A DNA stretch of 64,000 bases from a virus (taxonomy: Duplodnaviria; Caudoviricetes): IMG/VR virus record IMGVR_UViG_3300033062_001341, positions 16,898-80,897 of that record, one strand, 5' to 3'. Shown in pieces: positions 28,771 to 38,647 of the stretch (positions are counted from its first letter, which is position 1; every line of letters starts with the position of its first letter). The notes below the pieces were generated by a model, which had not been told where the DNA came from, did no database searches, and worked only from the letters and a program-made list of their open reading frames with translations. A program made the position numbers and the translations under genes.

Positions 28771-31700
28771 TTAGATATTTTCAAACGAAGCTCCTGTTGG
28801 AGTGATGAAGAATTCTATGTCGATGAATTCTAAAGCCTTCGTAGGTTTTAAGTAAATCTTACCTGTAAGTGTGTTTCTGTCTAAGTCTTCAGGAGAAGAT
28901 GAAACTGTTACACGGAAATCGTATAAACCTCTGTCTCTTCTGATAGAGTCTAAGATTGGGTTAACACTGTCTAAGAATTGTTGTCTAACGATTTGGTCGT
29001 TTTGTTCGAACAATAATCTTACAGCCACCGCTGAAATTAACTTACGAGCTTGTAACAATAATCTTCTAACATTCAATCTGTTAAGAGCTGTGTCAGCAAC
29101 TTGTAAAGTTTTGTTACCAAAGATTACTGTTCCAACATCAGAGAAAGTTGCGATAGGGTTGATTCTACCTTGATATAATGTATCTCTATCTTCTTGAGTT
29201 AGTTTTTGTCTAGCTTTGATTGAGTTTACAAGACCTCTTGTGTAACCCGCTGATGCGAACCAAGGAAATGAAATATTATCTGTTAGAGCTAAGTTTCTAC
29301 AAACTTCACCTGTTGGTGGTAAGTAGATTTGTGTATTGTTAACCGTATCTCTTGTTAAAATCCAAGGATAGTAAGTTGCTGTGTAGTTAGAATCAATTCC
29401 TGTGTTATCTAAGTTATCAACCGCTTCTTGAGAATAAATTACTAACTCTGGATTATTAGCATCCGGTAAGTTCAAACGATAGTCAGGAGTTGTTACGATA
29501 TAAACCGAATCAGCTCTTGAGTATTGAATCATATCAATAGCTTCTTCACATAAGTTAGAGTTATTAATATAGTCGATACTTGCAGTTGCAAATACGTTAA
29601 TATTTGTAGATTCAGGGTTTGCGTAAGTAAGAATACCAAGTAAGTAAGCGTAGTAGTCCGTGTTTGCAAAATCTTGTGTGTTATTTTGAACAACAATTCT
29701 TTTGAATAAACCTTCTCCTGTTGCGTTTGGATATCTTGATGAAGGAGATGAACCTGCTAAGTAACCGTTAGCACCTAGTTGGAATCTATCTTCATTTGTT
29801 CTACGTTCGTTATAGATATCCCAACCATCAAATCCACCCGCAAAACATACTGTGTATTTTCTTGCATAAATGAAGTAATAAGGATTTTCTTGAAATTCTG
29901 GGTCCGTTCTGAAATCAGCATCTCCACATTCAAACGCTGTTTGACCACTTGTTTGGAAAGAGGTAGCGATTGTTACAACTGTAGCACCTGAGTCCATATG
30001 GAAACCTTTACTTACAACGTTCCAAGGAGCCCCTTCTTGAAGTGGGTCATTAATCCAATTCGGTGGGTTTTGTTTTCCTTTGTATTGTAAGAAAGCCTCA
30101 TCAACACCATATTGTGTTGAGAAACCTAAATAACTTCTTCTTACAATATCTCCAGCAGATTCTGTATTAGTTAAATTACCAAAAAACGGAGGATTTGCAA
30201 TTGTTTCGCCAGGGAAGAAATACTTTGTTTTATATTGTATGTAAGGTGATGGATACTCAGAAACATTAAAATACTCTCTTTGAGTATATCCACGGAACCC
30301 ACAAGGTATTGCATCTATTGGAGCTGTTGGTGACATTTCAACCATTACGTATTTTGAAAGTAACGCATATTCACCGTTTGATGTACCAATCTTAACACCA
30401 ATAAAGTTGTTAGATAATGGGTCCAAATTACAATTAGTGAATTTTTCAATCACAACAGGACTAGCATCTGTATCGAAGAAATTTCTAACTAATACATCGA
30501 AAGACATATTGTTGAAAGAAAGATTTGCAATAGAAACTTTAACTTCGGTGTTTGCTGCATTTCCATCAGATATTGAAATGAATTTAAATAAATCATAAAC
30601 CTTATTACCTCTTAACTCAGATACTAAGAACGGAGTTTCAGGTGATTGATATCTCTCTAAGTTATACGCAATCGACGTACCACTTTGACTTCTAGCATCA
30701 GGTAAATCAATTAGATTACAATTGATTCCTTTGATATACCCCTGAGAATAAGCAATATTTAAAGACGATTGATAAGACTCTTCCACAAACACAGGAACCG
30801 TAAATCTTGATTTACCAAAATTATCAACACCAAATACTTTTGTAAGATATTTTGAAGAAGAAGCCAATAATGATGTTTCAAATTGGAATGTGTTGTTATC
30901 GTCAGTAACACCTGAGATTAAGAATGTACCGTAAGGGTCTTTACTTACACCAGAATAAGCTCCATCGCAAACCATGGTTAAACCTGTAGTTTGATAGATA
31001 GGTCCGTGATTTTCAGAAGCCGAACTATTAGTAAATAAAGCAATACCTCTTGAACGTAAAGTTGCAACAACCATGTTGTTATATTCACTGTACGCAGTTC
31101 CTGAGAATGAATATGTATTACCAGATATTGTACCTGTAACCACATCACCGTTAATCGATAAAGTATTAACAATATAATCAAAAGAATAACCCGAATAGTT
31201 ATCACCTGTATAATTTTCGAAGTTAGCATAATACCAAGCATCATTAGAACCTGAACTTAAATCGTTGTACTCAATCTCTCCATCTCCCGGAACATCATAA
31301 ACGTTTTTCAGATTACTATATTGATTAACCAACGAATACCAATCTTCAGAAGGTATTGAACCGTATATTACTGAAGTATTAGCAGACAATGTTGTTGAAT
31401 CAGCTATTTGACTAATGTAAGTGTTGAAATCATCTTGTAATGTTGAAGTACTCCCATCACTTAATCTGTATTGAACATTTAAGTTAGTTTCAACTTGTGA
31501 AGGTAATTCTGTTGTGTCTAAGAAAACAATTGTATTTCCAGACGCAGTACCTGTAAATGTTGCAGTGAATGGTGTTGCTGCTGAAGACGATGTAAACCCA
31601 ATTGTTAAAGGGTCAACATTCGCGGTTACAGATATACTCCAAGATGGACCCGCATCATATCCTGATAAACCTAATACTCTTGTAACGAATAATTGGTTCG

Positions 31701-31971
31701 ATTGTTGTAAATAAGATTTTGCAATATATGCCGCCTCATACTTAGGGATTTGTGTGTTCACGAATTTCACAGGTTCTGTACCACCGAAATAGGCTTGGAA
31801 CTCATCATAGTTAGTTATAAAAATTGGTTCGAAAGCGGGGCCTTTTATAGTTTCCCCAACCACACCTAAAGTTGTTACACCCACGCTTTGGGCTACGAAC
31901 GATAAGTCCGTTTCAGAAGTGTATACACCAGGTGAAACGTACACCTTTTTGTTTGCTTGTGCTGTTGCCAT
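28771..31971 (-). CDS. Contractile tail sheath protein (gp18-like)
   Basis: VSPGVYTSETDLS N-terminus; WFASAGYTRG, LYQGRINPI, GNKTLQ, LNVRRLL, KPTKALEFIDIEF C-terminus. Confidence 0.95.
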   Translation of the reverse strand: MATAQANKKVYVSPGVYTSETDLSFVAQSVGVTTLGVVGETIKGPAFEPIFITNYDEFQAYFGGTEPVKFVNTQIPKYEAAYIAKSYLQQSNQLFVTRVLGLSGYDAGPSWSISVTANVDPLTIGFTSSSAATPFTATFTGTASGNTIVFLDTTELPSQVETNLNVQYRLSDGSTSTLQDDFNTYISQIADSTTLSANTSVIYGSIPSEDWYSLVNQYSNLKNVYDVPGDGEIEYNDLSSGSNDAWYYANFENYTGDNYSGYSFDYIVNTLSINGDVVTGTISGNTYSFSGTAYSEYNNMVVATLRSRGIALFTNSSASENHGPIYQTTGLTMVCDGAYSGVSKDPYGTFLISGVTDDNNTFQFETSLLASSSKYLTKVFGVDNFGKSRFTVPVFVEESYQSSLNIAYSQGYIKGINCNLIDLPDARSQSGTSIAYNLERYQSPETPFLVSELRGNKVYDLFKFISISDGNAANTEVKVSIANLSFNNMSFDVLVRNFFDTDASPVVIEKFTNCNLDPLSNNFIGVKIGTSNGEYALLSKYVMVEMSPTAPIDAIPCGFRGYTQREYFNVSEYPSPYIQYKTKYFFPGETIANPPFFGNLTNTESAGDIVRRSYLGFSTQYGVDEAFLQYKGKQNPPNWINDPLQEGAPWNVVSKGFHMDSGATVVTIATSFQTSGQTAFECGDADFRTDPEFQENPYYFIYARKYTVCFAGGFDGWDIYNERRTNEDRFQLGANGYLAGSSPSSRYPNATGEGLFKRIVVQNNTQDFANTDYYAYLLGILTYANPESTNINVFATASIDYINNSNLCEEAIDMIQYSRADSVYIVTTPDYRLNLPDANNPELVIYSQEAVDNLDNTGIDSNYTATYYPWILTRDTVNNTQIYLPPTGEVCRNLALTDNISFPWFASAGYTRGLVNSIKARQKLTQEDRDTLYQGRINPIATFSDVGTVIFGNKTLQVADTALNRLNVRRLLLQARKLISAVAVRLLFEQNDQIVRQQFLDSVNPILDSIRRDRGLYDFRVTVSSSPEDLDRNTLTGKIYLKPTKALEFIDIEFFITPTGASFENI

Positions 31972-32091
31972 TATTAATTAATTCTGTTGCAGATTTATTT
32001 TAATGATAAATATTCATTACTAACACAAAAAACTTGACTTTTGGATATGTATTTGTAAACGGTATGATTTAATTCTGCCTTTTTTCTACCT

Positions 32092-32253
32092 ATGAAAATA
32101 AAGAAAGAAATAAAGAACTTGAAGATATCACCCGAATCTCACGAGGTATTAAAAAAATACTGTGATAAAAGGGGAATCAAGATTTATAAGTTTATTGAGA
32201 ATTTGATTATGGAAAAGTGTAAGGAGAATAGAGATATCTATGGTGAGGGTTAG
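32092..32253 (+). CDS. Small ribbon-helix-helix-like DNA-binding protein
   Basis: Not in ORF track. MKIKKEIKNLKISPESHEVLKKYCDKRGIKIYKFIENLIMEKCKENRDIYGEG, 53 aa, strand-helix-helix pattern. Confidence 0.6.
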   Translation: MKIKKEIKNLKISPESHEVLKKYCDKRGIKIYKFIENLIMEKCKENRDIYGEG

Positions 32254-33290
32254 ACTAACTTGTTTTCAAAAACAATTTTACCCTCTAAAGTATTATCTTC
32301 TTTCACCACTTGTATTCTTAAAGTGTCGTTGGTTGTGATTTGAATTAAATTAACATTACCACCATAATAATCATTATTGATATAAACATCATAACTCGAA
32401 ATATTTTCAGTTCCAACTAATTCCATGTTTGCAGTAAAATCAATTACATCAACCAATGTTGTGTTTCCAACAACAAATAAAAAATTGTTTTCAAAATTAT
32501 CAGGATTTTCAGGGAATTGTTGTCTTCTCTTGTTTAATCTGTTGTTATCAATTTCAAACAATTGAGTAACTCTTTGAATTGCTGGTTTAACCTGAAACTC
32601 TTCTTCATCAATAAGATATCCTAACATTGTGAAATCATAACTTTGAACGTAATACTTTCTTGATTCCAAACTCATTTGAGATTCGTCTGAAACATTATTC
32701 ATAATGATTGGAACATATTGACCCTTAATAAAAGTGTATGCCTGTCTTGATGAGAACTTCTGCATTACAATCTTGTTAAGTTGGTTCAACTCTCTCATTC
32801 TATTACAAATAATTTTAACACTGTAGTTGATATCGACAGGAACTGGTTGTGGTATTGTATAGATATCCATACCCTGTTCATTACCATTCCATGTTGGGAC
32901 CGAAGCATAATAGAATTGTTTTCTGTTTGGTATTGTATATTGAAGTGATGGGTTTGTCCCGTACTTTACTTCAGGACTTCTAACGACTGTGATAAAAGGT
33001 GGTGATGGGTTATAATCTAAATCAACAAACAAAGCAGTCTCAACATATTGTGTCCAGTTTTGTGTTGTTATTATAATATCAACCATTGGCACAATCTTTC
33101 CCGCAGTAACAACCTTTAAATCTTCTTTAACAAAATCCAGCATCCCTCTGTCCAAGTCAGCATGTAAAACTGATTTAGGTAAATAAGTTCCATCTTCATT
33201 AATATATTCCAACAACTGTTCTCTACGAGCAGATAAAGTCTTCTTAGGTACTAACGGTAGTGTTGGTTTAACTTGTTTTGGAAATGCCAT
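32250..33290 (-). CDS. Tail terminator / completion protein (T4 gp15-like)
   Basis: QPVPVDINYSVKIIC...LNKIVMQKF; directly upstream of sheath. Confidence 0.65.
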   Translation of the reverse strand: MAFPKQVKPTLPLVPKKTLSARREQLLEYINEDGTYLPKSVLHADLDRGMLDFVKEDLKVVTAGKIVPMVDIIITTQNWTQYVETALFVDLDYNPSPPFITVVRSPEVKYGTNPSLQYTIPNRKQFYYASVPTWNGNEQGMDIYTIPQPVPVDINYSVKIICNRMRELNQLNKIVMQKFSSRQAYTFIKGQYVPIIMNNVSDESQMSLESRKYYVQSYDFTMLGYLIDEEEFQVKPAIQRVTQLFEIDNNRLNKRRQQFPENPDNFENNFLFVVGNTTLVDVIDFTANMELVGTENISSYDVYINNDYYGGNVNLIQITTNDTLRIQVVKEDNTLEGKIVFENKLV

Positions 33291-33802
33291 TATATTCCTC
33301 TAAATTCATTTTCACTTACGAAAGTAGCCATAATTGTTCTATAGAACGGTTTATATCCACCATAAGTATGTTTATTGTCTGACCTGACATATCCGTCATC
33401 AGCCACAACATAATATCTAACCCTGTCTTCTGTCTCATAATATCCGATATAATCCCCTTGGAATATTTCAATCCCTAAATCCTCAAGAGTTTTTTGATAT
33501 ATTGAAAACTTCATATTACCAGGCTCTTGTAACTCGACTTTTGAGTTACCAATAAGTTTGTGTTGTGGTGCCATGATTTGAACTAACCCTTTCAACTCAA
33601 CAGGAGCTAAGAATTGTATACCGTCTTCCAACACCTCACCATAAACATCATCCGTTTTGGTTTTGTATCTATCAACTCTATAAAGAATAATTGTAAAGTT
33701 CATATCACCTAACAACCACTCCTCACCCATACCAATATCCAACGTATAATCCTCTCCACCGAAGAACTTACCTAAACGAGTAATAGGGACTAATTTTTCC
33801 AT
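33290..33802 (-). CDS. Neck / head-closure protein (T4 gp14-like)
   Basis: DDVYGE, GDYIGY; start trimmed to MEKLVP (ATG 33802). Confidence 0.6.
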   Translation of the reverse strand: MEKLVPITRLGKFFGGEDYTLDIGMGEEWLLGDMNFTIILYRVDRYKTKTDDVYGEVLEDGIQFLAPVELKGLVQIMAPQHKLIGNSKVELQEPGNMKFSIYQKTLEDLGIEIFQGDYIGYYETEDRVRYYVVADDGYVRSDNKHTYGGYKPFYRTIMATFVSENEFRGI

Positions 33803-33848
33803 ATTGATAAATACTTTAATTATAATTATATTTAAAGTAAAATTTTTT

Positions 33849-34247
33849 ATGAGGATAAATCCACCAACCAAAATCTATGTTGAAAGTAGTCCAATTCACG
33901 GACTTGGCGTTTTTGCGTCTGAAGATATTAACGAAGGAGAAATCTTGGAAGTCTGCCCCGTTATTGATATGGGTATGAGATTTGGTGACAATAGTCACAT
34001 ATTAATTGATTATAGGTTTAATTGGCCTCAAGGGGGAAATCCTTGGGAAAAACAAGTGGTGTCAACAGGATTTGCATTACTTTATAACCACAGTAGTACC
34101 CCAAACGCTGCGTGGAGGTCTAATCTTGAAAACAACACATTTGAATTTTATTCTATAAAAAATATAAAAGCGGGAGAAGAAGTCTTCGTATGGTATGGTG
34201 ATATCAACTATTGGAATGACGGAAGAACTCACACAAACGTTGTATAA
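33849..34247 (+). CDS. SET-domain protein-lysine methyltransferase 1 (vSET-like)
   Basis: SPIHGLGVFA, YNHSSTPN, IKAGEEVFVWYG; start trimmed to MRINPP. Confidence 0.88.
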   Translation: MRINPPTKIYVESSPIHGLGVFASEDINEGEILEVCPVIDMGMRFGDNSHILIDYRFNWPQGGNPWEKQVVSTGFALLYNHSSTPNAAWRSNLENNTFEFYSIKNIKAGEEVFVWYGDINYWNDGRTHTNVV

Positions 34248-34618
34248 TGAATATGAAAATTACCCCTCCATTAAAAATATATCTCAAGGATAGTCCTTTA
34301 CATAACTTAGGTGTTTTTTCTTCACAAAAAATTGAAAAGGGTGAAGTTATAGACATATGTCCTTTCATATCTTTTCCGCAAAGTTCTAAAGAAAAAATAC
34401 CCGTTTTTTCAAACTATGCATTTTGTTATCCTCGTTCTGAGAATTGGACAACACATGCATTAGTTTTGGGATATGGTTCATACTATAACCATTCTGAGAC
34501 ACCGAGTGTTGATTGGAATACCAACGAAAATGACCGAACGTTCATCTTCTTTGCAATAAGAGATATTGATGAAGGTGAAGAATTATTCATAAACTATGGT
34601 AACGGAAGTAATTTTTAA
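34247..34618 (+). CDS. SET-domain protein-lysine methyltransferase 2
   Basis: SPLHNLGVFS, YNHSETPS, IDEGEELFINYG; TAATG stop/start overlap with SET1. Confidence 0.85.
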   Translation: MNMKITPPLKIYLKDSPLHNLGVFSSQKIEKGEVIDICPFISFPQSSKEKIPVFSNYAFCYPRSENWTTHALVLGYGSYYNHSETPSVDWNTNENDRTFIFFAIRDIDEGEELFINYGNGSNF

Positions 34619-34619
34619 G

Positions 34620-36371
34620 ATGGAAGCGAGTTTAGAATCAAAAGCAATGTCTTTATTGGAATCTTATGAAGGTGCTAATAACTACCTCATTGAGCTTAAG
34701 AGGAAATCTCAACTAAATAAAAAGTTTTATCCAACAAGAAGTCAGTCCGAATATATTATAAACAATCACGACAAAACACCTAAGGTTGCTAAGAAGTGGG
34801 TGATACTCGATGCTTATTTTGCACAAAGATTGGCTGACGATAAATTATACACCACAATACCTGAAAAAGTTTGGGTAGAGAAATTACTTGCGGACAAAGA
34901 AAAAGCGTTTCATATTTGGGGGAAAGTTTTTGAGAACGAGGAACTACATGACTTTTGGTTACCTAAAGCCGCTGTGATTAAAGATAACACAGTAAAAGAT
35001 GTTCTTATCAACTATGAAAAATATTCTAAACGACCTCCACTATCTCATCAAAAAGAGGCAATCCAAAAGCTCGTTGAGAACAAGAAATATATTTTGGCTG
35101 ATGATATGGGTCTTGGTAAGACAACCTCAACTATCATAGCCGCTCTCGAAAGCGGTGCCAAAAAGATATTAATTATATGTCCTGCGAGTTTGAAGATAAA
35201 CTGGCAAAGGGAGATTGAAAACTACACAGACAGAATCGTTTATATTTCTGAAGGAAAGAACTTCAGTAAAGAACACGACTTCGTTATTATTAATTACGAT
35301 ATTATAAAAAATTTTCACAGTGTTAAAAAGAAATCTGAATCGCAAATTCTTGACTCCAATTTTGATTTGGTGGTTGTTGACGAAGCACACTATATTAAGA
35401 ACGGTCAAGCACAAAGAACAAAACTAATTAACGACCTTGTGAAGAAAGTTGATAGACTTTGGTTGTTGACAGGTACACCAATGACCTCCAGACCAATGGA
35501 CTATTTCAATCTTTTAAGTTTGGTTGACTCACCTGTTGCGAAAAACTGGATGGCATACGCAATCAGATATTGTAGTGGATATCAATTCAATGCTGGTGGT
35601 AGAAAGATATGGAATGTTACGGGTGCCAGTAATCTTGAAGAACTAAGAGACAGAACCGCGGGTCTTACTTTAAGACGATTAAAAGAAGACGTTTTAGATT
35701 TACCTGATAAGATTATCACACCAGTATATCTTAGACTGAAATCCAAAGCATACGAGGAGATTATGGGTGAATACTATGATTGGTACGACAAGAATCCCGA
35801 CGAATCCAAATCACTCACAGTTCAGTTTACAAAGTTAACTAAGATACGACAAGTAATTGCCGATGAGAAAATTACCCAAACAATTGAACTTGCCGAGAAT
35901 ATTATCGAACAAGGAAAAAAGGTTATCATATTCTGTAACTTCACTGACTCACTATCTAAGATATGTGAACACTTCGGAAAGACGGCCGTTAGAGTCGACG
36001 GTTCAACGCCAAAACACGAAAGACAAAACGCTGTTGACCAATTTCAAGACAGTGAAAAAATTAAAGTGTTTGTTGGTAACATTAAAGCGGCAGGTGTTGG
36101 TCTAACATTAACCGCTGCTGAAGTAGTAATCTTTAATGACTTATCTTTTTTACCTTCAGATATGGCTCAGGCGGAAGATAGGGCATATCGATACGGTCAA
36201 AAAAATAATGTGTTAGTTTATTATCCAATATTCGATAACACTATTGAAGGTATAATCTATGATATTGTCAACGCTAAGAAAAAAGTCATAGCAACAGTAA
36301 TGGGTGATAATCAAAACCCGTCAGATACCGCTGAAGAAATTTTAAATAAGATTAACAAACTAAGAAAATAA
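34620..36371 (+). CDS. SNF2-family helicase (SMARCAL1/HARP-like)
   Basis: LADDMGLGKT, VVVDEAH, LTGTP, LRRLKEDV, QAEDRAYRYGQ; start trimmed to MEASLE. Confidence 0.9.
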   Translation: MEASLESKAMSLLESYEGANNYLIELKRKSQLNKKFYPTRSQSEYIINNHDKTPKVAKKWVILDAYFAQRLADDKLYTTIPEKVWVEKLLADKEKAFHIWGKVFENEELHDFWLPKAAVIKDNTVKDVLINYEKYSKRPPLSHQKEAIQKLVENKKYILADDMGLGKTTSTIIAALESGAKKILIICPASLKINWQREIENYTDRIVYISEGKNFSKEHDFVIINYDIIKNFHSVKKKSESQILDSNFDLVVVDEAHYIKNGQAQRTKLINDLVKKVDRLWLLTGTPMTSRPMDYFNLLSLVDSPVAKNWMAYAIRYCSGYQFNAGGRKIWNVTGASNLEELRDRTAGLTLRRLKEDVLDLPDKIITPVYLRLKSKAYEEIMGEYYDWYDKNPDESKSLTVQFTKLTKIRQVIADEKITQTIELAENIIEQGKKVIIFCNFTDSLSKICEHFGKTAVRVDGSTPKHERQNAVDQFQDSEKIKVFVGNIKAAGVGLTLTAAEVVIFNDLSFLPSDMAQAEDRAYRYGQKNNVLVYYPIFDNTIEGIIYDIVNAKKKVIATVMGDNQNPSDTAEEILNKINKLRK

Positions 36372-36395
36372 ATTTTTTTGTGGTATTTATAATAG

Positions 36396-37070
36396 ATGAC
36401 AGAGCACAAAATATGTAGTAAATGTTCAATTCTTAAATCGTCTGATGATTTTTATAAAAATAAAAATTCAAAAGATGGGTTAAGGTCAAGTTGTATTAAA
36501 TGTGGTAATGATTATAAGTCATCTAATGAAAGTAAAATTAAAGAACAGATTAAAGAATATAATAAAAAAAGAAAAGAACAAAAAAAGGAATGGGCTAACA
36601 AAAATAAAACTAAAGTTAATGAAAGTCGAAAAAAGTGGTTATTAGATAATAAAGAACAAAGGTCTGATTATTTAAAAATATACAATAAAAAATATTACGA
36701 TGAAAATAAAATAATTCGTTTAGAATATTCCAAACAAAAACAAAAAGAGTATCGTAAAATAAATCCACTATACAGAATAAAATCAAACTTAAGAAGAAGA
36801 ATAAATAGATACTTAAAATCTAAATCAAAATCAACTGAGGATATATTGGGGATAACTTATTTAAATTTTATATTATATCTCGAAAATAAATTCACAGAAG
36901 GAATGACTTTAGATAAATTAGGAAAAGATATCCATATAGACCACATAACCCCATTATCGTCCGCAAAAACAGAAGAAGAAATTTATAAATTATGCCATTA
37001 TACAAATCTACAACCACTATGGGCGAAAGATAATTTGGTAAAATCAAACAAACCGGATTATTTATTATAA
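36396..37070 (+). CDS. Free-standing HNH endonuclease with N-terminal CxxC...CxxC
   Basis: CSKC/CIKC; HIDHITPL...LCHYTNLQPLWAKDNLVKSN. Confidence 0.75.
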   Translation: MTEHKICSKCSILKSSDDFYKNKNSKDGLRSSCIKCGNDYKSSNESKIKEQIKEYNKKRKEQKKEWANKNKTKVNESRKKWLLDNKEQRSDYLKIYNKKYYDENKIIRLEYSKQKQKEYRKINPLYRIKSNLRRRINRYLKSKSKSTEDILGITYLNFILYLENKFTEGMTLDKLGKDIHIDHITPLSSAKTEEEIYKLCHYTNLQPLWAKDNLVKSNKPDYLL

Positions 37071-37084
37071 GATAGTCCAATAAT

Positions 37085-38623
37085 ATGAACAAAATAGAAA
37101 AGAAGATTCAACTTACGGAAAACAAGATACTCGAATCAAAAGTTGAAGAACAAGCCAATCAGTTAATTACTGAAATGAAAAAAATTGGAATAGAAAAATT
37201 ACCCTATTCCTACTCAGCCCTCAAACAATTCATTGATGCAGAAACAATGAACTTTCACTACAACAAACACTATAAAGGTTATGTAGACAAGTTAAACAGT
37301 GCATTATCAAAGAAAGAATACGGGGATGTAGAGCTAGAACAAATTATCAAAACGATAAGTAGGTTCGATAAGTCAATAAGAAACAACGCAGGTGGGGCAT
37401 TTAACCACGCTTTGTTTTGGAATATGTTGACCCCAACTCCAAAGAAATTAGAAGGCGACCTTTACAAGAAAATCATAAAAGACTTTGGTAGTTTTCCCGC
37501 ATTTAAGAAAAAGTTCGAAGCTGTTGCCAAAGATAGATTTGGTTCGGGTTGGGTATGGTTGGTGTTAACAACAAGAAATACTTTGAAAATAATGTCGACA
37601 CCTAATCAAGACAATCCATTGATGAATGTTATTGAAGGGGGTGGGTTTCCTCTTTTAGGTTTGGACTTATGGGAACACGCATATTATCTAAAGTATAGAA
37701 ATAAAAGAGACGAATATATTGCAAACTTTTGGAAAGTTGTGAATTGGGATTTTGTGACTAAGATGTACGAAATGAAGACTAAGACAAAATTGGCCGAGTC
37801 TGCACAATTAAAACAACTTATGTCTGAAGCAAAATCTGAAGCATGCTCACCTGAAGAAACCGATTTTTATAGAAAAATATTCAATACTCATAAGGAAATT
37901 GAAACAAAATATAGAGCAGGTATTGAAAGAATATTAATTGAAGTGTTCAGTGACTTGTATGTTGATAATCCACCAGAAGGTGAATTACCGGGAATATTCA
38001 ATTTAGAAAGTGAAGGAAGGTCCGTTATTAACAAATTGAACACAAACTATACAACATTCTGTATCTTACTTAACGACATCAATCAAGTAATAAAAACAAT
38101 TGATGGTAAAAAACCAATTGTGTTTAAAGGTAAAACACCTAAAGAACAAGTTAAAGAAGTTGAAAGATTTGTTAATGCGTTAGACTATTTCAAATATAGA
38201 ATTTTTGACACCAAGAGTTCGACCTTTGTAAACATAATGAAGACTCTCGAAGATAAAAATGCAATGGGTGATAAAAGAGAAGAAGTCACGGCAGCAATAT
38301 TGAGAAGATTTTTTGGTAAAGATGTCAAAATAGAACAAGTTGGTAAGTTAGGTAGTAAAGAAGATGCGTTATCAGGAATAGATTTGAAGTTAACAAGTGG
38401 AGGTAAAACAGAAACGGCACAAGTCAAACCATTCAAAGTTAAAATTGTTGATGAAAAAAAAGGAACTATTATCCTTCTTGGTACAGGTAAAGTTAAACCA
38501 TACTATACCGATTTATTGATTTTCCAAAAAGGAAAAAACGTTTTGGTGTTTAATCAAAAACCTAAAATTATTGGGGGTAACTATGTATTTACAATTGATG
38601 CCTTGAAGCTAAATATAGAATAA
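37085..38623 (+). CDS. sodA: Mn/Fe superoxide dismutase fused to a ~270 aa C-terminal nuclease-like domain
   Basis: HYNKH, NNAGGAFNHALFW, FGSGW, NQDNP, DLWEHAYYL; C-terminal GID...QVK. Confidence 0.88.
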   Translation: MNKIEKKIQLTENKILESKVEEQANQLITEMKKIGIEKLPYSYSALKQFIDAETMNFHYNKHYKGYVDKLNSALSKKEYGDVELEQIIKTISRFDKSIRNNAGGAFNHALFWNMLTPTPKKLEGDLYKKIIKDFGSFPAFKKKFEAVAKDRFGSGWVWLVLTTRNTLKIMSTPNQDNPLMNVIEGGGFPLLGLDLWEHAYYLKYRNKRDEYIANFWKVVNWDFVTKMYEMKTKTKLAESAQLKQLMSEAKSEACSPEETDFYRKIFNTHKEIETKYRAGIERILIEVFSDLYVDNPPEGELPGIFNLESEGRSVINKLNTNYTTFCILLNDINQVIKTIDGKKPIVFKGKTPKEQVKEVERFVNALDYFKYRIFDTKSSTFVNIMKTLEDKNAMGDKREEVTAAILRRFFGKDVKIEQVGKLGSKEDALSGIDLKLTSGGKTETAQVKPFKVKIVDEKKGTIILLGTGKVKPYYTDLLIFQKGKNVLVFNQKPKIIGGNYVFTIDALKLNIE

Positions 38624-38647
38624 ACCTTTTCAATATATTTATTAGAT

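Noticed and set aside
33849-36371. Eukaryotic or NCLDV origin suggested by SET, SNF2 and GT60
   Set aside because: Sheath, tube, baseplate and neck genes, operon packing and intrinsic terminators indicate a tailed bacteriophage
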